From positions 1-37,289 of the forward strand of contig JASJQH010000053.1 of NCBI GenBank assembly GCA_040143965.1: a stretch of 37,289 nucleotides of DNA, read 5' to 3'. The position numbers and the translations under genes are program-made. The notes beneath the pieces were generated by a model, which was not told where the DNA came from, did not search any database, and saw only the letters and a program-made list of their open reading frames with translations. The stretch comes from Basidiobolus ranarum. Taxonomy: Eukaryota. Positions 23,613 through 34,558 of the stretch are shown here, piece by piece (the first letter of the stretch is position 1; each line of letters opens with the position of its first letter).

Positions 23613-25704
23613 ATGACTGAGGCAAAAACAGACTCTCGGACGATTCAAAGTTCGGAATCATTCTTTGAGGAAGAGAGAGAATTTACCTGGTACGTTTTAT
23701 TACTTTCTTTATCCAATCCTGTTGCAATGAACTCACTTTTCTACTTTGAGAAGGCGTTCAGCTATTATCGGTTCTTTGCTTGGTTGTGTAGTAGCCGCTT
23801 CGAATTTGTACCTTGGACTTAAGATTGGATGGACGTTTGGTGCCTCATTATTTGGTGCTATCTTTACCTTTGCTATTGTAAAATCCATGTCTCAAGTATT
23901 GCCTACAGCGTTTGGAGGTGGTTACTTTGGGCCGAAAGAAAACTGTACTGCTCAGACGGCTGCGAGTACAGCTGGTGGATTCAACGTTGGATTTATAACA
24001 TGTATCCCCGCTCTCTATCGCCTAGGATTAATGTCAGACAATGTTATTGATGATGTTGGCGCATTACTCATGTGGGCAACTTGTGCCGCTTTTTATGGCA
24101 TGTTCTTCGCAATTCCCTTACGCACTTATTTTGTACTGAAACAAGACCTACCATTTCCAAGTCCTCGGGCTACTGCTGAGTCGATCAAGGCTCTACATGA
24201 AACAATAACGGGAGAGAAGGATGCCATGAAAAAAGCCAAAGTAATGGCTGCAGGATTCTTGCTATCCTTCGTAGTTGTCCTTCTCGCTTACTGGTTATAT
24301 TTTTTGGATAAAATTCATATAATCTTCTGGATTGGCTCAGCTGTGGGAAGTACACGTATGATGAATGCCGATAGGATTTGGCGCTGGCAATTAGAACCTA
24401 ATTTCGCCTTCTTCGGTGCTGGTTTGATGACTCCACCTCATACTCTGGTTTCTTTCCTGCTTGGAGCAGTCATCGCATACGGAATTGCTGGGCCTTTGAT
24501 GGTGGAGTCGGGATACCTAGTTGCTGCTTACGGTTTTGGTAAAGCAGGTAATGGATCCGCCCAAGCTTGGTTCATTTGGCCAGGAATCTCCCTTATGTTG
24601 TTTACCTCCCTCACCGAGTTAGCTGTCCATTGGAGATCATTTAAAAATGCTCTGATGGATGGATGTGAGGTGTTACGCTCAAGACTAATCCAACTAAGAC
24701 ATCATCTTGGTCGTTCCAACTCAAGTATAGATTGCAATAAACCAATGCAAGAGACAAATGATAAACTCCATGAGAATTTGGACCCCGTCCCAGCTGAAAA
24801 GCAAATCCCTGCTCTATGGTGGATTAGTGGATTGATATTTTCTATCATTCTTACTTGCTGCGTGATGAATTTCTGGTTCCATATACCGGTGTATCAGTCT
24901 CTGTTGGCAGTCATTCTTGCTTTTCCATTGTCGATAATTGGAGTTCAATGTGCAGGTGAAACTGATATAAATCCAGTGAGTACTTTGGCGAAGGTGGTTC
25001 AATTAGCTTTCTGCAGAATGCCTGCACCTACACTGCAAGACCTACAACGATCTAATCTTCTATCGGCATGTGTTACTTCATCAGCTGCAAATCAATCAGT
25101 TGACATGGTTCAAGATTTAAAGGCTGGTCATATTATTGGAGCTTCACCTCGGTCGCAATTCTTATCACAATTGGTTGGCTCTTTCTTTGCCGTAGGAGTC
25201 TCCGTATCATTGTTCGTCTTGTATGCCAAAGCGTATCCTTGTATTATTCAACCTATGGAGCAATGCCAGTTTGGCATGTCTGCGGCACTTGGTTGGGAGA
25301 ACCTTACTAAGATCTTGACTACTGGGTCACCAATTCCTATCGGTTCTATTATATGCACTATAGTATGTGGTGTTCTATCCATCATAACAGTGATTTTCCG
25401 TCATAAGTTCGTCCCAGAGAAGTACTGGTGGATGATTCCCAACTTCAATGCGGTGGGAATCGCTTTTATCACTCCTCAACCAGCTATTCCTACCGCCATG
25501 TGTCTCTCCCTTTTGATAAGTATGATATGGAAGAGAGTAGATTTCGCAAGTTATGAACATTATCGAACGGTGTTAGCAGCTGGGTGGATCGCTGGCGTTG
25601 GTATCGCAGGTATTTGTAAGGCAGCTTTTCAGATTGGTGGCATTCCTGAACATGTAGTCACTTGGAACTGTCCTTATGATGAAAAAGGTGTCTACATTTG
25701 TTAA
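23613..25704 (+). CDS. OPT-superfamily transporter, YSL clade
   Basis: Exon 1 23613-23689, intron 23690-23753, exon 2 to 25704. EFTWRSAIIGSLLG, NLYLGLKIGW, FGPKENCTAQTAA, LPFPSPRATA, GETDINP, DLKAGHIIGASPRSQFLSQLVG, with many TM helices. Confidence 0.92.
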
Positions 25705-26237
25705 TCTCTCTTTATCAAAGACCTTCTATGGCCACTATTCTCCCCTCTCTGACCTTGATTCAATACAATTTACTTGAATATCACTCTTGGTATGTTATGA
25801 AAATCCCTAGATAGGGCCTAAATCCCTGTTAATAGCTTCCTTTTGGAATACTGTTATGATCTTATAATACATGGATATCATTTACTGTGTAAATTGAAAT
25901 AAATGTGAATACCAATATACACTATACTATGTCTAGCAATGGACACCAAGAAGATTCTTTATATAACATTAAGCAAGAGGAATATATAGCTGTTACTTAA
26001 CGGTGCTTCAACATCAGTTTAACTGATTATCAGGGTTCAATGTGACCATATAGAAAATAATTTGGTAACTATGCTAGAATATCAGAATCGAGTATTTCTA
26101 GTATTTCGCGGGCATTTCTTGCACAAAATAAAATGAGATTAAATCCATTGTTAACATATTTTGCACTTTTTGAGATTTAGTAACACTTGCATAAAAATGA
26201 AAACTCATTTCTAAACCTTTTGCTTGTTATTTTCTAT

Positions 26238-27556
26238 GCTGGCACCTGGAGTACAATTTCTGAAATTGGTTACGTGATAAATTGACTGATCAACTTTATT
26301 TTGAAAATGCTACTTTTATAGGTGTGGATGTGGAAGAAATTGAACATCTTTCCTGCCTGATTTGGGAGTGTTAGAAATTTGGAACCAGTCTGTAAGAGTA
26401 TTTCCAATATCATGTAGCCTCTATCCCCAGTCCATTTGCTTTGGAGCTTACACCTGTGCTGGAATGTAGGGAAATGTCATCCTAATAGTTAGTATTGTTA
26501 CAACATTTGGTACTGGAGATACCCATGTTTTATGATCAGTTTTATCAGTTAAAGGATACAAGCATGAGCTACAAGTGGATAAAGTATGAAGGTTATTGGA
26601 TCATTGTTTTGTCTCCTGAAATACCATCATTTCTTGTTCAGTAATCCAGTTTGTAACATCAGTGTATTGAGCTATGTTTCTAAAGTCAGTGCAATTTCTA
26701 GACTTAATTCACTGATAAATTGACCAGCTAACTTTATTTCAATTGTGCTATTTTTATAGGGTTAATCAGGGGAAATCGAGTGGCATTCCTGCTGGATTTG
26801 GGAGTGCTACAAATTCATAACTTATGTCACAGCATTGACCTATTTCTGATGTCTTTTATCTTAGTTCTTAGATATTGGCATTTGAATATTTGTTTTATTG
26901 CTTTTGGGCTCAATAGGAAAGCTACAGTTACAAAATATGACGAAAATCGAGACTTGACCTTGGTGTATGCGTGTGTAAATTTTGAAGGCAATTTAGATAC
27001 CATATTGTCTTCAAAAAATGTCATCGCTTTTTGTTCAATAATCCAATTTCTGATCAAATATTGAGGCTGGTTCCTGAGGTGAGTGCAATTTCGGGACTTA
27101 ATTCACTGATAAATTGACTGATTAATTTTATTTCGATTGTGCTATTTTTATAGGGTTGATCAGGGGAAAATCGAGTGGCATTCCTGCCAGATTTGGGAGT
27201 GTGCTAATTTCGAAACATGTATATAACACTGACGGCCTGTTTCCGATGTCTTTTAACTTTTTTCTTCGCAGTTAGTTCGTTTTGAAATTTATACGTAGGT
27301 TAGAACAATAGTAGGGAAATATCTCCCTAAAATTTAGTAATGATTCGTCCAGTAGGTCTGGAGATATATGTATTTATTTTTCTGTTTCGATGATTGTGAG
27401 ACGTGTGGGAGAGGTGTAGATATGAAACTTGGTGGAGGTTGAGGTTTGCCTATGCACTATATTTGTGCAAAATATTGAGTTGATTGAGACATTATGTTGT
27501 CTCCAAAATTGCCATCGCTTTTGTGTGATAATCTAATTTCGTAACAAAATGTACAA
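26238..27556. repeat. Three diverged tandem units (433, 395, 491 bp) ending at the tRNA gene
   Basis: Units start at ~26238, 26671 and 27066. Shared head ...gtgcaatttc..gataaattgac..ttttataggg..ttcctgc..gatttgggagtg and shared tail ..ttgtct(c)..ccatc(g)..taatc(c)a(a/g)ttt... The middles are divergent. Confidence 0.8.
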
Positions 27557-27638
27557 GGTGAGATGGCCGAGTGGTCCAAGGCGCTGCGTTCAGGTCACAG
27601 TCTCTTCTGAGGCGTGGGTTCGAACCCCCCTCTCATCA
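27557..27638 (+). tRNA. tRNA-Leu(CAG), possibly decaying
   Basis: GGTGAGA/TCTCATC acceptor stem with discriminator A, A-box TGGCCGAGTGG, anticodon loop TTCAGGT, long variable arm TCTC-TTCT-GAGG, B-box GGTTCGAACCC, then TTTT. One mismatch in the anticodon stem and one in the T stem. Confidence 0.88.
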
Positions 27639-28156
27639 TTTTCTCCATCTATTAAAGGTTTTATTATATGATTCGTCCTACTCAAGATCTAACCTTTCAT
27701 ATTATTCTTATTTGAGAACACACCAATGATTGTTCAATAAATATTTAGGCGCAGAGTAGCATGTAAATTTTCTATACAGCAATTCTTCTAAAAGTTCAGA
27801 AAGATGTAAATATTAATAGGCTATGATGTTAATTTTTTATTAACTACGAAGTCCTCTGGGATACAACAAATCATTATATTAGGATTCATTAGACTTGACG
27901 AAAATGTTTATATTTGTAATACACAATATGTGAAATTATGATCGAAACTGAGTATCAAAAAGTATTAAACTTTATAGCAATTATTGAAACGATTAATTTG
28001 TTTAGATGGGTTTATTCACTGATACTCCATTATTACAGGTATATGAGAACTTCCCGAGTAATAAAATACTATACTGTTGTTGAAAATAATATGAATATCT
28101 TAAATATTGCTAATAGATATTGATTGATCATTACATGAATTACAGTCCCTAAAAGA

Positions 28157-29455
28157 TTAACAGTTCTTGGGAAGGGTATATTTAAGGGAAGCCTTAGAAA
28201 CGTATCCCTTATCGTTAAGAGACTTGAGATACATAGCGTTACTGAGTTCCAATTGACGAACTTTCTTAAGGTCGTATTTCATCATTTTACTGAAGCTTTC
28301 GCTCACTCCTACAGGTGGACGAAGCTTCGTAAGTTGGGTATGCCTATCGGTTGACGATGGCATACCCAACAACGATGCGTAATCTGGACGAGGGCACGAG
28401 TTGATTTCCTTCCAAATGGTCTCATTCTTGTACGTAGGTACATCCGTTTTATGTGGAATAGACCTCTTTCTACGAGCTTGTTGGAAACGAATATTGGTAC
28501 TTGGACTTCTCGAGTATTGGTAGCAAAGTTTGTTAAAGTTTTGAACTTGATATACACGTGCATTGAAAGGCGTTAAGAAGTCGGTCCATGTAGCTCTTTG
28601 ACCGCCGACTAAGTTAACTCCACCGTAGTCATATGCCTGTCGAGGATGAGCTAGCTGCCAATCAGCCCATATTTTATCGATAAAAGCATGATGAAGAAAG
28701 AAGATAGGACTACCAATTTCAAATATAGTTAGCAAGGATAGTTTAGAAATGAGTTTAACACTAATACTTACTCGTTAGCACTAGACATTAACTGGAAATC
28801 TCCACCGATGTTATTATGTACTGCGGCATGTGGGCCGAGCTCAATGTTACTTCTTATACTTTCAAAATCCCCAGAATTCTGAATAAAGTTGTTGACCGAT
28901 TCAGGTGACCAGAATGATGATATTTGATTACCAGAATCCCATTCTCTTGTCAGGCAATGAGGCTGAGGAAATCTGGCTCTCCAGTTGGCAAACGGACCAG
29001 TAACAACACAGCCATCACCACTTCTACCATTTCCACCAAACCATTGCCAAACTGGACTATATTCTGGTGCCTGAGAATCAAGGGTCCAATCCTTTATAAT
29101 CGAGCATTAGTTAATATGAAATTCAAGAGGGGTATTGTTCAAGAAATCTTACCCAATAAGGTAATGTCACTCTGGGATTGACATTTTGCAATGCACGCTC
29201 AAATGTCTTGATGTAAGCACGATGCCAGGGGAAGAAAGCGGGAGTGGAGTGTGCGTATGGTACATAATTCAAGTGAATAGAGACCAGCTCATCGTATTTA
29301 CCGCTCCTCTTGATGGCATTAACCGCATTGATGAAATCATTTCTTTCATAGGCGGTTAACTGGCGAATTTCTTTACGAACATTCAATCTACACTGGGCAA
29401 TTGTTGTGCTCAAAGAGGTTAACGCCAAAACCAGGGCGCAGACGGTAAATTTCAT
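28157..29455 (-). CDS. Secreted tyrosinase / type-3 copper oxidase
   Basis: Exons 29455-29153, 29091-28772, 28709-28157. Signal peptide MKFTVCALVLALTSLSTTIAQ, VRKEIRQL, CuA SIHL..AHSTPAFFPWHR, LPYWDW, CuB PHAAVH..NDPIFFLHHAFID. Confidence 0.93.
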
Positions 29456-30267
29456 GATAGGAGATAGAATAGAACTAAATGGATATGTGACAACTAGCAG
29501 AACATAGTTGTTTATATAGTTCGATACCGAGTTTTGATGATTAATTGGAATGTCTAGTCGCAAACCACCCTACTTACTTACTTACCTTACTATTCATACG
29601 ATACATCAGATTTTACTAATTTTATTGTAACTGGTATTGAGTATATTACTATTAAATTGTATGAGACTGGTTTTGCATGTTGTGTGAGTAAACAGTAGAA
29701 GAGAGATTTTCGCTAGAAATGGGCTGAAAATGGCTAATAATAGAGCAACAAAATATCTGAGTAATACACTTGGTAGCACACTCGTTTCTATCGTGATAAT
29801 TTGATATACATTATTTATGAGAGTTTGATGGTTGGTTTATAGCGAGTAATTGTTAGTTAGTGATTCCAAGCAAGTAATACAAACAATGCTGCCGTATTAA
29901 TTGGATATACAAATAATCAATTCCAAATAGCTCACAAATATCACTCTAGTAATGTTGATGATTATTTCCCATCATATTTCTTGTATTATTGCCTTGCATT
30001 ATCTAACCTGTATTTTTTCTCAAACGCTTATTAATAGCAAAATGAATAATCATCATTTGGTTATACTACATGTTACAGTTAGTAAACAATTTCTTTATTT
30101 AGAAAATAATTGTGCCATTGCGCTAATACCAATCACTTGGCTTTAATCAATCAATGGGTTAGGGTTAGTAAGTAGCACTTGAATCTGAATTTCGTGAAAG
30201 AAATTTTGTGATTACTGATATACTTAGCTACTATAGCATCTACCATTATCTGTTCCAATAAAAACTA

Positions 30268-30414
30268 TCAAAGTTAAACAAAACATCCAACTTGTAATTC
30301 TACCCATGTTTATTTATTTCGTAGCCATGGTAGCTTAGCTGTCAAAGTTAAACAAAACATCCAACTTGTAATTCTACCCATGTTTATTTATTTCGTAGCC
30401 ATGGTAGCTTAGCT
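30268..30414. repeat. Perfect tandem duplication, 73 nt x2
   Basis: tcaaagttaaac...tagcttagct at 30268-30340 and 30342-30414. Confidence 0.9.
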
Positions 30415-30926
30415 CAATATTAGATCTGTAGATACTGGATATTCTCAAATACAGGAGGTCAACCATTTGAAACATTTTCCCTATGGGAGAGATCAGTTGC
30501 AACCAACCTATATCTGCAATAGCACCACGCAAATCCATCCAATTGAAGTTAAACATGATTGCTTAAATGGTGAAATAGAGGAAGATATCAATTTTGCAAT
30601 TATGTATTACTCCACATAAATTTCTTCACATTTAGGGCATCAGTTTTCTCCAAAGAGCATTCACATTATATGACTAGAAGATCTGCATGTAGTAGAGTAT
30701 TACAATATGTAAGTTCATTTTTCAATGTGGCCCAAGAACATGATATTGTCTAGTCCTACAGTTTTAAGATTAATCAAATTGACTTGTAAAGTCACAGGTA
30801 TATCCTAAGCTTGGAATCATAAAGTTACCGGACAATTCAGCCAAAACAACATGAAGCAGTTTAGTAATGTAGCCAAAAGATTTATACAATTCTCTTATAG
30901 TACAGCACAAAGAACTTATGTTGTCA

Positions 30927-30998
30927 AGTAATACACTCTAGAAAACCATGCAATTGTCCAGTAATACACTCTAGAAAACCATGCAATTATCCAGTAAT
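30927..30998. repeat. Tandem duplication, 33 nt x2
   Basis: agtaatacactctagaaaaccatgcaatt(g/a)tcc twice, then agtaat. Confidence 0.9.
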
Positions 30999-31514
30999 GA
31001 AGCCAAAATAATCGATTCCATTATTACCGACTTCAAGAATGGAAATACAGTAGTATGTTTGTAACCAGATTTAGAAGACCTATAAGCACCATACTGTGAG
31101 GAAAATTTTCACAAATATCTTCTATTGAAATTGACTAGGCCTCGTTCCGATCCAAAACAGCATTCCAATGCAGAGTGACAAATGCACCAAGCAAGATAAC
31201 CTCGCTCCGGAGATTGAAAAGAATCGCTGCAGGGGAGAACAGAGGGGCTTATCACTCCAACCATCAAATATTGGCGTTAACGCAAATCCAGTATTTCCAT
31301 GGATCCTCTGTTTCACTGATATATGTGCCACGCTTTATGGCCATAATAATACAGGATTGGCTAAGAGTCGCTAAATAATCACACAGGAGTATGTCTAAAA
31401 TGGATGAAGTGTACAACTATGGTACGTATGTATGTAGTCTTATATTGAATAACATATGTCGAGCAAAAGGATATAAAAGACCTTTCGATCTGTTGCGGTT
31501 TGGTATCAGCTTCC

Positions 31515-32462
31515 ATGACTACGAATAGTGCGTTGCTTACACCCGTGATCACCCTCTTGAGCATCATCTGGCTAACGCTCTTTGTGCTGCCAGTTAGCTT
31601 AGTGACTCTGGGTGTAGAATTATCAGACAGGCTACGAGCCCTCGTGTTCCAGAGAAAAGCCAGTCCGGCAGTTTTCAGGAATATACTTATTACCGGAGCA
31701 GCAACCGGCATTGGCCGCGAGTTGGCTAATGCTTATGCTGCTCTGGAAACAACTGACTCTTTAGGACTGGTCGATATAAATGAACCTGGGATTGAAAAGA
31801 CCGCCCAGGAATTACGCACTCTGTTTCCAAAAGTACAAGTGGTCACTTACGTAGCCGATGTCTCTGACCCGGAAGCGATGCAACGACTGATCCAGGACTT
31901 TGATTCACGTAAGATGGACCTGGTTATCGCCAATGCAGGAGTCCTTATCGCTCCACGTGATGGAGTGTCTCAGTTAACTGAGCACCCTGATTGGGGTAAT
32001 GATGTTCGAAAAACGATGCAAGTAAATTTGTTGGGTGTGGTGAATACCGTTGCACCTGCAGTGACTCAGTTTAAGACTCGTAAGAGTGGACATGTGGTTG
32101 TTACTTGCTCCATTTCCGCCTTTTACGGGACACCTGTGCTGGCCAGCTACAGCGCGTCCAAAGCGGCGGTCTTTCGATTCATCAGGGACCTGGGCTCGCA
32201 GCTGAGGAAAGATGGTATCTACACCACCTGCGTATGTCCAGGATTCATCGACACGGCATTGATTCAAATCGATATGTACAAATCCGACAAGATCCCATTC
32301 CTCTTGTCAGCAAACCAGGCCACTCAAATGATGGTTGAGGGTATCGCGTGCAGAGAAGAAACCATCGCTTTTCCATTCCCAAGCCATCTGTTCTGTTGGC
32401 TGTTCAATTGTACCCCCCCTCTGGTGATGAATCGAATTCAAAGATATTTGGCCAATAAATAA
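31515..32462 (+). CDS. Classical short-chain dehydrogenase/reductase with N-terminal membrane anchor, intronless
   Basis: TGAATGIG cofactor motif, ANAG, NLLG, catalytic S...YSASK, PGFIDT. First ATG at 31515. Confidence 0.92.
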   Translation: MTTNSALLTPVITLLSIIWLTLFVLPVSLVTLGVELSDRLRALVFQRKASPAVFRNILITGAATGIGRELANAYAALETTDSLGLVDINEPGIEKTAQELRTLFPKVQVVTYVADVSDPEAMQRLIQDFDSRKMDLVIANAGVLIAPRDGVSQLTEHPDWGNDVRKTMQVNLLGVVNTVAPAVTQFKTRKSGHVVVTCSISAFYGTPVLASYSASKAAVFRFIRDLGSQLRKDGIYTTCVCPGFIDTALIQIDMYKSDKIPFLLSANQATQMMVEGIACREETIAFPFPSHLFCWLFNCTPPLVMNRIQRYLANK

Positions 32463-32600
32463 GCATACTCAATGTCCTAATAAATAACTACAATAAACAA
32501 GCATGATTGATGCTCTGACAAATAATTCCAATAAATGCTCCTATTTCTTGCATCTTTAGAGGTTCAAAGGTTTATTCAATATCAATAATAATGAAATGTG

Positions 32601-32686
32601 CTTTCTCACGTGGTGATTCTGTGCTGACACCTCGGACGTAGGTCTTTCTCACGTGGTGATTCTGTGCTGACACCTCGGACGTAGGT
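32601..32686. repeat. Perfect tandem duplication, 43 nt x2, between the convergent SDR and P450 ends
   Basis: ctttctcacgtggtgattctgtgctgacacctcggacgtaggt at 32601-32643 and 32644-32686. Confidence 0.9.
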
Positions 32687-32714
32687 AAGAGCCGTGATTT
32701 AAGCGTATGTCTGG

Positions 32715-34366
32715 CTAAATAGGCTCAAGACGGATATGAAGATTCGTGACGTACGGAATAAACCAGAACTTCTCTGTGACCGACCCAACATGCGGGGGTG
32801 TATCAATGACGGATATTCGAAAATTAGCCACGATTAACGAGATCAGTATCACCAATTCTTTTTCAGCTAGATGACGTCCAGGGCAGACACGCGGCCCATT
32901 CCCAAAGGAAAGATCTACTGATTTCATAGCTTTGATTTGTTCCTTGTCTTCACTGAGCCATTGAGCCGGATCAAACTTCCAGGGGTTAGAGTTGGGCCAC
33001 GAGCGGAAGGTCGCCACTCGTGTCAAGAGATAGATATCAGTCCCCTTGGTAATGTGCACTCCTTGAATCATTTGATCCTTGCGGGATGACAATAGTAGTA
33101 ACGAGGCTGGAGAGTGTATCCGTAAAATCTCCTGCATGAATGCCATTATCAGTGGCACATGCACCTCAGGGGCATTGGCTACTTGCTCAACTATTTCGAT
33201 GTCGTTCTCGATATCCAACTCGCGAACGTTCCCAAATGCCTTCTGTACCTCCTGGCGCACCCGTTCCTGATACTCAACGTCTATCGCCAGCTCATACAAG
33301 ACTGCTCTCATTACCGAAGAGGTTGTTTCTATGGTGAAGGGTTTGAAGTTAGTTAAAGTCAGCCGGTTAGCTATATTAAATTCGTACCATATCCCGCAAT
33401 GACTACAATGAGTAGATTCGCCTTGATTTGTTCGTCAGAAAGAGGGTGTGCACCAGCTTTGCTTGATTGATTTGATTCGTCCTGGGAGCAGCGAAGTAAG
33501 CTTTCAAGAAATGTTCGTGTCTCCCCTTTGTCTTGGTCTGGAAGTTTATATTCTTTGTCCATCAGTGTTTGGATGCGTTTGCGAAACATGCTGCTCGTAT
33601 TCTTTGCAATAATGTCCCGTTCAGTTGGGTAAATCTTCCAAAAGGGAATCAAGCACAATGCGCGCTCAAACATGCGCGAGAGCAGGACTTTACAGTCGTC
33701 CAGAACAGCCGGCGAAAGAAAGTCTTTATCTCCCCAAGAGAAAGACAAGCCGCAGATGATGGAGAGGATGGCTGACTGGATCTCAGTAATGATGGACTCT
33801 GTCATATCATTGTCTTTATAAATGTGTCGGTGGGAAATCGTTTCGGCTGGGAGTGAAGGAGTCAGTGATCGCTCCTGTAATAGGGCTTTTTGCGTTGCCG
33901 AGAGATCGGTCAGCTTTTCCATGAGTTTTTTTGAGTTGTGCCAGATGCACTTGGTGTACTGACGAACTTTTGCTGGAGTAAAGGCCATAGCGACCCAGTA
34001 CCTTGCATGTTTCCATTCTGTGTCTTCAAGAGTAAACACTGCGTGTACATCGAATTCCTTAAACTGATTGGCGAAATTTTCTCCGCGAGAGAATCCTTCT
34101 GGCCGGGCCTTAAGGATGTCATTGATCATTTGAGTGTCGGAAACAACGAGAGCCTGCCGTGACAACAGATTTAGCCGGAAGATAGGGCCATGCTCCCAAG
34201 CCCATGTCTCGAAGTCTTTTAGTATATGGTCCAGGCGTATCTGAAGTACATTTCCAAAAAGTGGATGCTCTTTAGGACCGGGTAGCTGACTGTATGGGCT
34301 CTTCTTGAAGTGCTTCACCCAAACTAGCAGAGTAAAAGCGCAGATAATACTAATGACCAACAGCAT
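32715..34366 (-). CDS. Cytochrome P450
   Basis: Exons 34366-33388 and 33328-32715 (59-nt intron). N-terminal TM, LPGP..HPLFGN, I-helix AGYETT rebuilt across the intron, EILR, heme motif FGNGPRVCPG. Confidence 0.94.
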
Positions 34367-34558
34367 TCTCGAATTTTCTGATGTGCTGGTCAATAGCTAT
34401 ATATAAGGTTCAGCCAATGTTGCATTTGCTTCCCCTTCTCACTACGCCATAGCTATGAAGTCACGGTAAGGCTTACGCAAGTGTCACACACCCCTGACTT
34501 ATATTACATATAAGTACGAGATGATTTCGCCACTCAGACTTAGCTCAACCATCTGATT
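34367..34558. promoter_or_regulatory. Short bidirectional promoter shared by the P450 and the second SDR
   Basis: 192 bp between divergent ATGs. TATA-like runs near each end (tatatataag ~34398-34407, catataag ~34507-34514). Confidence 0.6.

Noticed and set aside
26238..27556. CRISPR array
   Set aside because: Eukaryotic context, unit size ~400 bp, degenerate repeats and no cas genes.
33329..33387. P450 split into two ORFs as a pseudogene
   Set aside because: A canonical GT-AG intron restores AGYETT in frame.
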